DNA of 64,000 nt from an uncultured bacterium (GTDB taxonomy: Bacteria; Bacteroidota; Ignavibacteria; Kapaibacteriales; UBA2268): NCBI GenBank assembly GCA_937875295.1, contig CALLXS010000101.1:16231-80230 (forward strand), read 5' to 3'. The notes under the pieces are model-generated. The model worked only from the letters and a program-made list of their open reading frames with translations, had not been told where the DNA came from and made no database searches. Below are positions 40,530-51,165 of the stretch, piece after piece. The position numbers and the translations under genes were made by a program. The stretch's first letter is position 1, and every line of letters starts with the position of its first letter.

Positions 40530-41858
40530 TTAAATTGCAAATCTAAATTCAACTCTTCCGAAATAAGTGTCTTTTATTAATTTTGTGGAAGTAATATGCC
40601 CCCCAATTAAAGTTGTTTTTAGATGATTAAAAAATCTAGCGCTTAATTCTAAATCTAATTCTTTAGTGTGGCTACCATTTGTTTGGCCAGAATATTGTAC
40701 TTTAAAATACATATTGTTTAACCAAGGAAAATCAAATTTTGTAAATAATTGAAAAACTGGCAAATCTAATGCATCCATTTTCATTACTTCACCAATAAAT
40801 AAATTAGTATATGAAGGATAAAACATTGTATTTTTATCTAATTCAATTTTGCCCACCATTGCTGCCCCAATCAAAGAGTTATACCCTTCTCCGAGTTTAA
40901 ATAATTTACTTAATTCAAGGAAATATCCAAAAGCTCTCTCTTTATATACATACTGATAAAGTAATTCAGTTTTTAAATTAATACTTAGTGGTAAATTAAA
41001 TTTGGAAAACAGCCCACCATAGTATTTGTAATCAGGAAATACTTCACCAAATTCTCCGTAGAAAATACTTCCTACTTCGCTGACAAATGGGATATTTTCT
41101 GTATCAGTAGCAAATTCAGAAAATTCATCTTCATCGCCTTCAGATTCTGAATTAGTAACTGCTTTAGTTTCTTGACTACTATTATTTACCCATTTTACTG
41201 AAGCAGCATAGAAATTTGATTCTCCAAAATTCTGTCCTAAGAAATCTACTCTGCCACCTCTTGTAAGGTTATAGACATGGCGAGTACCACAAAAATCTCC
41301 GTATCTAGCAAATTGCGCCAGTACAGTAGCAATATTTACTGCGTAAACCAAATTACCAGAACGATAGGAAGCACCTGCACCTACTACTCTTTCATCTACT
41401 AAGAAATAATCTTGTAATTTTGTAGTTTGTAGTCCTAATGAAAGCTTGATATTTTCTGAATTGAAATTGTAATAAAATTCTCTAAACCCCCAATGCTTTT
41501 TATCAACGGCAGAAAATTGTTCATAACCCGGATAATTAATAGTATCGTTCCCTTGCTTACCGGGACCGCCCTTAGAGTTATAAAAATTTTTATATCCACC
41601 TTCTACATAAAACTGATGCTTAGACTCCTTCAAATTTAAGCCTAAACCAGCTATTGCAAGACCATTTTTTACATTTCTATCAGTCATTCCAGCCATTGCT
41701 CCAGTTAATTCAATACCCCCTACAAAATACTTAGAACCAAATAATGGCTTAATTTGAGTATTTAGAATGCTTCTGCAGTCCATCGAAGAATAGCTATTAA
41801 TAGAATTCATAATTAAAAAACATATTATCGAGATTGCTCTAAAATGCTTTGAATTCAT
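40530..41858 (-). CDS. putative outer-membrane beta-barrel protein (signal peptide; co-oriented with the polyferredoxin, 12-bp gap)
   Basis: Signal peptide. Alternating-hydrophobic beta-strand pattern with an aromatic-rich C-terminus (...RVEFRFAI). No family could be assigned. Confidence 0.4.
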   Translation of the reverse strand: MNSKHFRAISIICFLIMNSINSYSSMDCRSILNTQIKPLFGSKYFVGGIELTGAMAGMTDRNVKNGLAIAGLGLNLKESKHQFYVEGGYKNFYNSKGGPGKQGNDTINYPGYEQFSAVDKKHWGFREFYYNFNSENIKLSLGLQTTKLQDYFLVDERVVGAGASYRSGNLVYAVNIATVLAQFARYGDFCGTRHVYNLTRGGRVDFLGQNFGESNFYAASVKWVNNSSQETKAVTNSESEGDEDEFSEFATDTENIPFVSEVGSIFYGEFGEVFPDYKYYGGLFSKFNLPLSINLKTELLYQYVYKERAFGYFLELSKLFKLGEGYNSLIGAAMVGKIELDKNTMFYPSYTNLFIGEVMKMDALDLPVFQLFTKFDFPWLNNMYFKVQYSGQTNGSHTKELDLELSARFFNHLKTTLIGGHITSTKLIKDTYFGRVEFRFAI

Positions 41859-42122
41859 TGGTATTTATTAGTTCATTTATTAATTGAAATATTGTTTAAT
41901 TACATTATTCACTTAGTAATTAAAAACACAAATTTATATAAATGCAAAAATATATAAATTAAATTTTAAAAAACTAATTCAATTAGAAAAAAAAATTTTA
42001 GACATTAAAAAACTAAAAAAGTTTAAATTATGTGCTAAGAAAATCGTAATTTTATGTTTTGTATATTAAATCTTAAATAAAGTAATAAATTTAAATTATA
42101 AACAAATATAGGAATTATAATA

Positions 42123-43640
42123 ATGAAAAAATTAGTTTTATTAATCCTCGTAAGTACGTTAGCTATTGCATTTATGAGTTGCAATAAACAAGAAGGAAAT
42201 GTAATGAATACTGAACCGAAAGAAGTGCAAGAACTTAAAGACAAATTATCAGCATTTACTGAATATGAAATAACTACTGATTTGTCTGCGCTTACAGAAA
42301 ATGAGAAAAAAGTCGTGCAGAAATTAGTTGAAGCTGCTAAATTAGCTGATGTAATTTTCTGGAAGCAATCAAATGCTGATGGCATTGCTATCCGTGATTC
42401 TCTCGCTAAATTAAATACTCCATTTGCCAAAGATTTATTAAAATTTGTAAATATTAACTATGGTCCTTATGACGTAATCTTTAGTCAAACTCGTTTCGTT
42501 GGTGATGGTCCGAGCAAAAAACCAGCCGGAGCTAATTTATATCCAGCTGATTTAACTAAAGAAGATTTCGAAAAATATGTGAAAGATCATCCAGAGCAAA
42601 AAGCAGAACTCGAAAGCCAATATACTATAGTTAAGCGTGATGGCGATAAATTAATCGCTGTTCCATATTATAAAGAATATCCGGAAATTGAGCAAATCGC
42701 AAAATTGATTGATGAAGCAAGTGAATTTGCTGATGATCCATCATTAAAAAGATATTTAAAAATTAGAGCTAAAGCTTTTAGAACAGATGATTATTTTGAA
42801 AGCGATATGGCTTGGATGGATATGACTAAATCGAACATTGAGACTGTAATTGGACCTATTGAAAATTATTTAGATAATTTATTTAATTATAAAACAGCTT
42901 GGGAATGCGGTGTATTTGTAAAAGATGAAGAAGCAACAAAAGAATTACAAGTACTTAAATCAAAAATTGATAATTTAGAACAGAATTTACCTTACGACAA
43001 AAAATATATTCGACCAAGTGCTGGCGGATTAGGTAATGTCTTAAATATTGTGAATGTAGTATATTTCGCTGGCGACTTCCAAGAAGCTGTGAAAACTATT
43101 GCTACTTCTCTGCCTAATGACCCAAAAGTCCATGAAATCAAAGGATCGAAAAAACTTATGTTCAAAAATATGATGGAAGCGAAATTCGAGAAAATAGTGA
43201 TGCCGATTGCTCAAGAATTAATGAGTGAAGAAGATGTAAAATTCGTTGATAAAAAAGCTTTTACAAGTTTCGTAACTCTTCACGAAATTTCTCATACTTT
43301 AGGTAGAGGCTTCGTATTTGGAAATGATAAATTATCGGTTCGCGCTGGAATGAAAGATTTATATTCTACTATCGAAGAAGCAAAAGCAGACATATTAAGT
43401 ATGTATAATCATCAATATTTAATTGAACAAAGCGTATATCCGCAAGATTATTTACGTAAAGCTACTGCTACTTATTTAGCAGGTCTTTTCCGCTCAATGA
43501 GATTTGGTAAAGAAGAAGCTCACGGTGGTGCTAATTTCATTCAATTCAATTTCTTACGTTCTAACGGTGCGATTGAACTAGTAGATGGAAAATTTAAAAT
43601 AAATAATGAAATATTTATGCAAAAATATGTATATATATGA
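42123..43640 (+). CDS. HExxH zinc metallopeptidase lipoprotein (gluzincin-like: HEISH ... EEAKAD); reading frame continues after an in-frame TGA to 43811
   Basis: Lipobox AFMSC. HEISHTLG and a downstream ExxxD motif. The next 56 in-frame codons (43641-43808) are stop-free and protein-like. Confidence 0.7.
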   Translation: MKKLVLLILVSTLAIAFMSCNKQEGNVMNTEPKEVQELKDKLSAFTEYEITTDLSALTENEKKVVQKLVEAAKLADVIFWKQSNADGIAIRDSLAKLNTPFAKDLLKFVNINYGPYDVIFSQTRFVGDGPSKKPAGANLYPADLTKEDFEKYVKDHPEQKAELESQYTIVKRDGDKLIAVPYYKEYPEIEQIAKLIDEASEFADDPSLKRYLKIRAKAFRTDDYFESDMAWMDMTKSNIETVIGPIENYLDNLFNYKTAWECGVFVKDEEATKELQVLKSKIDNLEQNLPYDKKYIRPSAGGLGNVLNIVNVVYFAGDFQEAVKTIATSLPNDPKVHEIKGSKKLMFKNMMEAKFEKIVMPIAQELMSEEDVKFVDKKAFTSFVTLHEISHTLGRGFVFGNDKLSVRAGMKDLYSTIEEAKADILSMYNHQYLIEQSVYPQDYLRKATATYLAGLFRSMRFGKEEAHGGANFIQFNFLRSNGAIELVDGKFKINNEIFMQKYVYI

Positions 43641-43957
43641 ATTGAAAAAAAATCTAAAATTGTTCTTACATTAGAAGCAGAAGGCGACTATGTCGGAGCC
43701 ACAGATCTTATTGCTAAATATGGTCACGAAAATAAAGAAATCGAAGATGCAATTGCAAAATTGTCTAAAATACCAAGAGATTTAGATACAAAATATAATA
43801 TTAAGTACTAATGAATTTGAGAACAGAAAAAATATTTTAAGAAATAGAATTATATTTTATTAATTCTTTTATAATATTTTTTTAATTAATCTTGAATTAA
43901 ATAATTCTTGTAAAAATAAAGTTTAGTTATTATAATAAATAAATCAGTTAAAAAATT

Positions 43958-45097
43958 ATGTCTCAAAAAAGAACAAAAAAAGATAGCTATAAAATAGCTT
44001 GGTTACCCGGCGACGGTGTAGGAGTGGAAGTACTCGAAGCAACTAAAATTGTATTAGATAAGCTAAATTTCAAAGCTGAATATATCAATGGTGATATTGG
44101 CTGGGAATTCTGGTGCAAAGAAGGTGATGCCTTCCCAGAAAGAACAATAGAACTACTTAAAAATGTAGATGCTGCAATGTTTGGTGCTATTACTTCAAAG
44201 CCAGTAAAAGCTGCTGAAGCAGAATTAGTACCAGAATTACGTGGGAAAGGATTAGTATATCGCTCTCCAATTGTGAGAATGAGACAGACTTTCGATTTAT
44301 ATAATTGCCTAAGACCTTGCAAAGCATATCCGGGCAATCCACTAAATTATAAAGACAGTATAGACATAGTAGTATTTAGAGAAAATACTGAAGATATGTA
44401 TTGCGGTGTGGAATTTAATCCAGTACCAAATGAACTAATTGATACATTAAATAAAATTTCTAAACCATTTGCGAAATTCGCTTCTCTTAAAGGAGATGAA
44501 TATGCAATATCTTGCAAAATAAATACTCGCAAAGGGTCAGAAAGAATTATTCGAGCTGCTTTTGAATTTGCTAAAGAGCATAATCGCAAAAAAGTAACAT
44601 TAGTACATAAAGCAAATGTAGTACGTGCTACTGATGGCTTATTCTTCGAAATAGCAAAAGAAGTTGCAAAGGAATATCCTGAAATTTATATGGATGATGC
44701 TAACATCGACGCAATGACTATGTGGTTACTAAAAAATCCAGATAATTATGATGTATTAGTTGCTCCTAATTTATATGGTGATATTATAAGCGATTTGGCT
44801 GCTCAAATGGTAGGAGGTCTAGGCTTTGGTTGCTCAGGAAATATAGGAGAAAATTTGGGTGTATTCGAGCCTTCTCATGGTTCGGCTCCTAAATATACTG
44901 GTTTATATAAAGTAAATCCTATTGCTACAATTCTTGCTGCAAAAATGATGTTGGATTGGTTAGGCGAAATCGAAATGGCAAATAAAATTGAAAAAGCAGT
45001 AGAAGATGTAATTAAAGAAGGCAAAGTAAGAACTTATGATATGGGAGGAGCAAATACAACTCTCGAAATGGGTCAAGCTATAGCCGACAAAATATAG
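43958..45097 (+). CDS. isocitrate/isopropylmalate dehydrogenase family protein (likely NAD-dependent isocitrate dehydrogenase)
   Basis: IAWLPGDGVGVEV N-terminus and NLYGDIISDLAAQMVGGLG signature. Confidence 0.85.
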   Translation: MSQKRTKKDSYKIAWLPGDGVGVEVLEATKIVLDKLNFKAEYINGDIGWEFWCKEGDAFPERTIELLKNVDAAMFGAITSKPVKAAEAELVPELRGKGLVYRSPIVRMRQTFDLYNCLRPCKAYPGNPLNYKDSIDIVVFRENTEDMYCGVEFNPVPNELIDTLNKISKPFAKFASLKGDEYAISCKINTRKGSERIIRAAFEFAKEHNRKKVTLVHKANVVRATDGLFFEIAKEVAKEYPEIYMDDANIDAMTMWLLKNPDNYDVLVAPNLYGDIISDLAAQMVGGLGFGCSGNIGENLGVFEPSHGSAPKYTGLYKVNPIATILAAKMMLDWLGEIEMANKIEKAVEDVIKEGKVRTYDMGGANTTLEMGQAIADKI

Positions 45098-45112
45098 TTG
45101 TTCTATAAAAAT

Positions 45113-45156
45113 AATTCCACCTCTAATAATAATCAGAGGTGGAATTTTTTATTTAC
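45113..45156. terminator. bidirectional terminator between the dehydrogenase and glyQS
   Basis: aattccacctct / aataataatc / agaggtggaatt followed by tttttattt. Confidence 0.8.
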
Positions 45157-45194
45157 TTCCATTTTCATTCAGCATGAAAATACAAAATTGTCAT

Positions 45195-46616
45195 TTACCT
45201 AATCAATTTATCACTGATATAATTACTAATTTTATCCGCATTAATTCTCACTTGTTGCATTGAGTCTCTCTCGCGTATAGTAACTGTATTATCATTTAAA
45301 GTATCACCATCGATAGTAATGCAGAATGGCGTACCAATTTCATCTTGTCTACGGTATCGTCTTCCAATAGCACCGCTTGTGTCATATTGAGCTTTAAAGT
45401 TTTTCTGCACATCGTCAAATACTTTTTCAGCATATTCTGGCATTCCATCTTTATTAACTAATGGGAATACTGCAGCTTTAATTGGTGATAATTGAGGTAC
45501 AAATTTCATTACATTTCGAGTATCTTCTTTACCTGAATCATCAGTTAATTTTTCTTCAGTATAAGCATTACAAAGAAATGCCATTAATCCTCTAGTTGTC
45601 CCACCGGAAGTTTCAATCACATAAGGCACATATCTATCTTTATTAACTGTATCGACATATTCTAATTTTTTGCCTGAAAATTCTTGATGAGCTTTTAGGT
45701 CAAAGTCAGTACGAGAATGAATACCTTCAATTTCTCCCCATCCGAATGGGAATAAATATTCTATATCACAGGCTTTATTTGCATAATGAGCTAATTTTTC
45801 ATGATCTTTGAAGCGAATTACTTCTGGTGCCATTCCATTCTCAATGTACCAGTGCCATCTTTTTTCTTTCCAATATTCATACCACTCGAGTTCTGTACCG
45901 GGCTTAACAAAATATTGCATTTCCATTTGTTCAAATTCGCGAGTGCGGAATAGGAAATTCTTAGTGTTTATTTCGTTTCGAAATGCTTTACCTATTTGAG
46001 CAATTCCAAAAGGTGGTTTCATTCTAGCACTATCCATAATATTTTTGAAATTCACGAAAATACCTTGTGCAGACTCTGGTCTTAAGTAAATTGTACTTGC
46101 TGAATCATCAACCGGTCCTAGGAAAGTCTTAAACATTAGATTAAAATTTCTAACTTCTGTCCAATCTGTACCACCAGATACAGGGTCAGGAATACTGAAA
46201 TTCATAATTATATTATAATAATCATTAGGTTCTTTAGCTTTTGAGAGTTCAATTTCTAATTTATCAGCAATTTCATTTTTATTTTTTTTGCGTAATTTTT
46301 CAATATATTCTTCAATTAAATTATCAGCTCTGTAGCGACCTTTGCTAGCTTTGTTGTCTATCATTGGGTCAGAGAATTGAGTAATATGTCCGCTTGCTTC
46401 CCAAGTGCGAGGGTGCATTAAAATTGATGCGTCCACTCCTACAATATCTTGGCGATATGTCATAGCTTTCCACCAAGATTCTTTAATATTTTTTAGCAAT
46501 TCTACTCCTAATGGTCCGAAATCCCAACAACCATTTAATCCACCATAAATTTCTGACGATTGAAATACAAAACCTCTTTGTTTTGCTAATGAAATGATAG
46601 TTTCTAATTTTATCAT
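45195..46616 (-). CDS. glyQS: glycine--tRNA ligase (dimeric class II GlyQS type)
   Basis: MIKLETIISLAKQRGFVFQSSEIYGGLNGCWDFGPLGVELL N-terminus and a C-terminal anticodon-binding domain. Confidence 0.93.
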   Translation of the reverse strand: MIKLETIISLAKQRGFVFQSSEIYGGLNGCWDFGPLGVELLKNIKESWWKAMTYRQDIVGVDASILMHPRTWEASGHITQFSDPMIDNKASKGRYRADNLIEEYIEKLRKKNKNEIADKLEIELSKAKEPNDYYNIIMNFSIPDPVSGGTDWTEVRNFNLMFKTFLGPVDDSASTIYLRPESAQGIFVNFKNIMDSARMKPPFGIAQIGKAFRNEINTKNFLFRTREFEQMEMQYFVKPGTELEWYEYWKEKRWHWYIENGMAPEVIRFKDHEKLAHYANKACDIEYLFPFGWGEIEGIHSRTDFDLKAHQEFSGKKLEYVDTVNKDRYVPYVIETSGGTTRGLMAFLCNAYTEEKLTDDSGKEDTRNVMKFVPQLSPIKAAVFPLVNKDGMPEYAEKVFDDVQKNFKAQYDTSGAIGRRYRRQDEIGTPFCITIDGDTLNDNTVTIRERDSMQQVRINADKISNYISDKLIR

Positions 46617-46771
46617 AATAAATTTTTTAAATATTAAATTTGTTAAATTTTAGACTTCAAAATTACGAAATAAAAGGAGAATTTACATTAAGTTTTTATT
46701 ATTTAACTATTAAAATAAAAAACAATTATATCGTTTAATATTTTTTAATACTTTCTATTTTATAATATTTA

Positions 46772-47440
46772 GTGATAAATAAAATGAATATAATTTTAAT
46801 AGGACCTCCCGGTTCTGGCAAAGGTACTCAAGCAAAGATGATTTCTTCTAAGTATAATTTAGTTCATTTATCTACTGGAGATATTATTCGAGAACAGATT
46901 AAAGCTAATACTGAATTAGGTAATATTGCCAAAACTTACATTGAACAAGGTAAACTATTGCCTGATGAATATTTAATTTCAATGATTAAATCATTTTTAT
47001 CGAAAAAAGATGGTTCAAATGGATTCATTTTTGACGGTTTCCCGCGCACAATATCACAAGCTGAAACATTAGAAAAGATATTAGCTGAAAATGATTCGGA
47101 GTTAAATTCAGTTATAATATTAAATGTTAGCGATAAATTAATTATGGAAAGGTTAAGTGATCGCAGGATTTGTCCAGTGTGCAATGCTATTTACCATAAT
47201 GTTTATAACCCACCAAAAAGTCCAGATGTCTGCGATTTAGATAATGCTTCTCTATTCCAAAGAGATGATGACAAAGAAGAAACGATTGCTTATAGATTAA
47301 ATGTATATCATAATATCACTAAACCATTGATAGAATTTTATCAAAAGAAAAATTTAATAGAGTTGATTGATGGTTCATTACTTTTTGATGATGTATTTTC
47401 AGCAATTACTAATAAATTAGATATTATAGAAAATAAATAG
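46772..47440 (+). CDS. adk: adenylate kinase (zinc-lid type)
   Basis: IILIGPPGSGKGTQA P-loop. LID cysteines CPVC...C..D. Confidence 0.95.
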   Translation: MINKMNIILIGPPGSGKGTQAKMISSKYNLVHLSTGDIIREQIKANTELGNIAKTYIEQGKLLPDEYLISMIKSFLSKKDGSNGFIFDGFPRTISQAETLEKILAENDSELNSVIILNVSDKLIMERLSDRRICPVCNAIYHNVYNPPKSPDVCDLDNASLFQRDDDKEETIAYRLNVYHNITKPLIEFYQKKNLIELIDGSLLFDDVFSAITNKLDIIENK

Positions 47441-47463
47441 AAAAGAAAATGCATTAATTAATA

Positions 47464-48777
47464 TTATTTTTGCCAAATAATTAGTATTGAATCTTTGCCA
47501 TAATTATTAGCAATCAATTTTCTTATTTGGTTAATTTTATTATTATTTATTTTGTTTTTCGAATTATAGATTAAAATTGGTTTAAGATATGAACTAGTGT
47601 CGTTGTAATAAATATTCATATCCTGAAAACCAATTTCAGTAATTTCCGGTGCTATAATTTGTAAATTTGAAAGCAATTTATCTGTTTCGTAATTTTTCAA
47701 ACTTCTATAATTAAAGATTGAATCAAGTCTATTTGTGTTATAACTGATTAGTCTTTGGCTTTTTGATACTTCATTCATCAAATCATTTCTCATATTCATC
47801 AAATCTTTTGAATTGTTCGATTTAATTTCGAGTTTTGTATTAAAGATGTTATATCTACTTAGCGTTTTACTTAATGAATCTTCTTGCTTTTCGGTAAAAT
47901 CATCAGATAAAAATGCCAATTCGATAATATTGGAGCTTGACGGATTATAATGAACTTTTTGATAAACTAGAGTAAATCCATTTTCAATAAATTCAGATTC
48001 TATAAATTGTTTTGATGAAATGATGAATTTTTGCTTTTCGTAAAGCATTATAGCAAAGTATATGCTTGGAAGCAGTACTATAATTGTTATTATTCCTAAT
48101 GAATATTTAATAATTTTTTTTCTTTGTGGTGCTATAAATACTTTACTCTTAAAATTTAAAAATTTTACTATTATAATAGTTGCTACAAAAATAAAGGTAC
48201 AATTTATTATATAAAGATACATTGCTCCAAAGAATATTTGAGCATTTTGTAATGCTAACCCATATCCAGCAGTGCATAATGGTGGCATTAAAGCTGTAGC
48301 AATCGCTACTCCGGGGATTGGATTCCCTTTATCCTTGCGTGTGATAGCCACTGCTCCAGTAAGCCCTCCGAAAAATGCGATTATTACATCATAAATAGTA
48401 GGAGAAGTTCTCGATAGTAATTCAGATTGTAGTTCTTTAAATGGACTTAACCAGAAATATATCCCTGATGCAATTAAAGATATTAATGTAGCAATTAATA
48501 AATTTCTACCCGATTTCTTAAGCAAATCTAAATCATATATGGCTATTCCGAATCCCGCTGCGACTATTGGCCCCATCAAAGGAGATATTAACATTGCACC
48601 GATTATTACAGGAATAGAATTTAAATTTAATCCCACTGAAGCAATAATAATTGCAAATACTAATGTCCATGCTGAAGCACCCATAAAATATGAATTTTCT
48701 TCTACATATTTTAAGACTGCATCAGGATTATCTATACCTTTATTAAGAGAAAATAACCTTTTTATATATTCTTTCAT
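47464..48777 (-). CDS. DUF389 (TIGR00341) family membrane protein
   Basis: VIIGAMLISPLMGPIVAAGFGIAIYD core and multiple TM helices. Confidence 0.6.
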   Translation of the reverse strand: MKEYIKRLFSLNKGIDNPDAVLKYVEENSYFMGASAWTLVFAIIIASVGLNLNSIPVIIGAMLISPLMGPIVAAGFGIAIYDLDLLKKSGRNLLIATLISLIASGIYFWLSPFKELQSELLSRTSPTIYDVIIAFFGGLTGAVAITRKDKGNPIPGVAIATALMPPLCTAGYGLALQNAQIFFGAMYLYIINCTFIFVATIIIVKFLNFKSKVFIAPQRKKIIKYSLGIITIIVLLPSIYFAIMLYEKQKFIISSKQFIESEFIENGFTLVYQKVHYNPSSSNIIELAFLSDDFTEKQEDSLSKTLSRYNIFNTKLEIKSNNSKDLMNMRNDLMNEVSKSQRLISYNTNRLDSIFNYRSLKNYETDKLLSNLQIIAPEITEIGFQDMNIYYNDTSSYLKPILIYNSKNKINNNKINQIRKLIANNYGKDSILIIWQK

Positions 48778-48910
48778 AATGAAAAATAATTAGAAAAAAA
48801 GAAATATATAATATACTAAATATAATTGTGATAAAAAAGTATATTAAAATATTAATATTATTTAGACGTTCCATTTTATATAGACTATTTATTCACTAAG
48901 AAAAAATAAT

Positions 48911-50272
48911 ATGATGGGAACAAAAGAAAAACAAAAAATATTTTCAAATTACAGAAAAAAAATTGCTAATATTTTAGACGAAAACGCTACATATTCAAAT
49001 TGGATTGATTGGAAATGGCAAATTAAACATTCAATTACTACAATAGAGCAATTTCAAAAATTAATGGAAATTGAATTTTCCGAAGAAGAAATAAAAAAAT
49101 TTGAGCATACAATAGAAAAATTTCCATTATCCATCACACCTTACTATCTATCACTAATCAACAAAGATAATTTATTCAATGACCCTGTATTTAAGCAATC
49201 TTTTTTAGATGAGCGAGAATTAATTATTACAAATAGAGATATTGCTGACCCTTTGTCAGAAGACAAAGATTCACCGGTATCGTGCATCACTCATAGGTAT
49301 CCTGATAGAGTATTGTTTCTAGTAAGCAATGTATGTTCTATGTATTGCAGGCATTGTACTAGGAAAAGAAAAGTTGGTGATAAGGATTCCATTCCAAATA
49401 AAGAGAACATATTAAAAGGAATAGAATATATAAAAGAGCATCCAGAAGTGCGAGATGTATTGCTATCAGGAGGTGATCCGTTAATGCTATCTGATAAATA
49501 TTTAGAGTGGATATTAGACGAAATATCTAAAATCCCCACTGTAGAAGTTATCAGAATAGGAACAAGAATGCCTGTAGTACTTCCGTATAGGATTACAGAC
49601 AAACTCATTAATATTCTTAAAAAATATAAAAATTTGTGGATTAATACTCATTTTAATCATCCACAAGAAATAACAAAATCCGCCAAAATTGCTCTAAATA
49701 AATTATCTGAAATAGGAATTCCCTTAGGAAACCAAACAGTTTTATTAGCAGAAGTCAATGATTGCCCAAGAATAATTAAATCATTAGTACATAAATTAGT
49801 AGCAAATAGAGTCAGACCGTATTATTTATATCAATGTGATTTATCAGAAGGTCTAACACATTTCCGCACTCCAATTGGAAAAGGGATAGAAATAATGGAG
49901 AGCTTAATTGGTCACACAAGCGGCTTTTCGGTACCAACTTATGTCGTTGATGCTCCAGGTGGTGGTGGGAAAATTCCAATTACACCTAATTATATAGTTT
50001 CGTGGAATACAAATAAAGTTGTCTTGAGAAATTATGAAGGAGTACTATCAATATACCAAGAACCTCTAAATTATGCACATAATTTCTGTGATAGGAATTG
50101 TATTGATTGTAAACTTGAATTGCATTTAGCTGATGGAGAAGAATCTCACTTAATCGGAATTGAAAAATTATTGTCGGACTCAGATAAATCAATTTCATTG
50201 ATACCAGAAAATAATGAAAGAATAAAGAAAAGAAGGATATTAAGAAACAATAAAAAGTTAATAAATGATTAA
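48911..50272 (+). CDS. ablA: lysine 2,3-aminomutase (radical SAM, KamA/AblA)
   Basis: [15 protein letters not shown] radical-SAM CxxxCxxC with KamA-family context. Overlaps the next gene by 8 nt. Confidence 0.85.
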   Translation: MMGTKEKQKIFSNYRKKIANILDENATYSNWIDWKWQIKHSITTIEQFQKLMEIEFSEEEIKKFEHTIEKFPLSITPYYLSLINKDNLFNDPVFKQSFLDERELIITNRDIADPLSEDKDSPVSCITHRYPDRVLFLVSNVCSMYCRHCTRKRKVGDKDSIPNKENILKGIEYIKEHPEVRDVLLSGGDPLMLSDKYLEWILDEISKIPTVEVIRIGTRMPVVLPYRITDKLINILKKYKNLWINTHFNHPQEITKSAKIALNKLSEIGIPLGNQTVLLAEVNDCPRIIKSLVHKLVANRVRPYYLYQCDLSEGLTHFRTPIGKGIEIMESLIGHTSGFSVPTYVVDAPGGGGKIPITPNYIVSWNTNKVVLRNYEGVLSIYQEPLNYAHNFCDRNCIDCKLELHLADGEESHLIGIEKLLSDSDKSISLIPENNERIKKRRILRNNKKLIND

Positions 50273-51080
50273 ATCAAAAATATTTGACGATGTTAGTAAC
50301 AATAGAGTTTATCTTTATGAATTATATCCTCAAGATTATCCAAGAATTATTGAATATTTAAATAATTTAGCATTAAAAAATAATTATACAAAAATATTTT
50401 CTAAAATACCTTCAAAATTTCTACCAGGCTTTATTTCTGACGGATATAGAATAGAAGCATATATCCCAAAGCTATATATTAATGATGATGCTGTGTTTGT
50501 CTGTAAATATTTTAATGATGAAAGACAAAAAATTAATAAATCCGAAATAGAGATATTTCAAAATATAATTTTAAATAATCATTATGCGAATTATACTATT
50601 CCTAAACAAGAAAGATATATCATAAGAAGACTTGGATTAGACAATGCTAAAGATATTAAAATAATTTTTAAAAATGTATTCGAGAGCTATCCATTTCCTA
50701 TATTTGATGAGTCATATATTAAGGAAACAATAGCAAATAAGAGTAATATTTATTTTGGAGCAATATACAATGATAATTTAATTGCTGTATCTTCTGCTGA
50801 AATAAATGATATTTATAAGTATGCAGAAATGACTGATTTTGCAGTATTAGAGGAGCATAGAGGAAACAACTTAGCTATATTGCTATTAAATTATATGGAA
50901 GATGAGCTAATTAATGAGAAATATAAGATGTTCTATACTATAGCTAGGTTAAATTCACCTTCTATGAATATTATTTTCCTTAAGAATAAATATAAGTATT
51001 CAGGCACTTTGATCAATAATACACATATCGGTGGCAAAATTGAAAGTATGAACGTATTATATAAATATGCGAGGAAATAA
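50265..51080 (+). CDS. ablB: GNAT acetyltransferase, putative beta-lysine N6-acetyltransferase (AblB-like)
   Basis: GNAT motif [24 protein letters not shown]. Translationally coupled to the aminomutase. Confidence 0.6.
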   Translation: MIKSKIFDDVSNNRVYLYELYPQDYPRIIEYLNNLALKNNYTKIFSKIPSKFLPGFISDGYRIEAYIPKLYINDDAVFVCKYFNDERQKINKSEIEIFQNIILNNHYANYTIPKQERYIIRRLGLDNAKDIKIIFKNVFESYPFPIFDESYIKETIANKSNIYFGAIYNDNLIAVSSAEINDIYKYAEMTDFAVLEEHRGNNLAILLLNYMEDELINEKYKMFYTIARLNSPSMNIIFLKNKYKYSGTLINNTHIGGKIESMNVLYKYARK

Positions 51081-51107
51081 AAAACATTTTAATATAATAA
51101 AATAAAA

Positions 51108-51145
51108 ATAAGCACATTAATGTGAATTAATGTGCTTACTTATTT
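51108..51145. terminator. bidirectional terminator between ablB and rpsP
   Basis: aagcacattaa / tgtgaa / ttaatgtgctt followed by T-rich sequence. Confidence 0.75.
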
Positions 51146-51165
51146 ATCAAAAATTGAGATTTTAA

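Noticed and set aside
43638-43640. Global TGA reassignment (code 4/25) or selenocysteine at the in-frame TGA of the metallopeptidase
   Set aside because: comF terminates at TGA, and all long housekeeping genes are intact under the standard code, so TGA is a stop in this genome. No SECIS-like hairpin is evident just downstream, and a Sec-containing zinc peptidase would be unprecedented. Nonsense mutation, readthrough or error is more likely.
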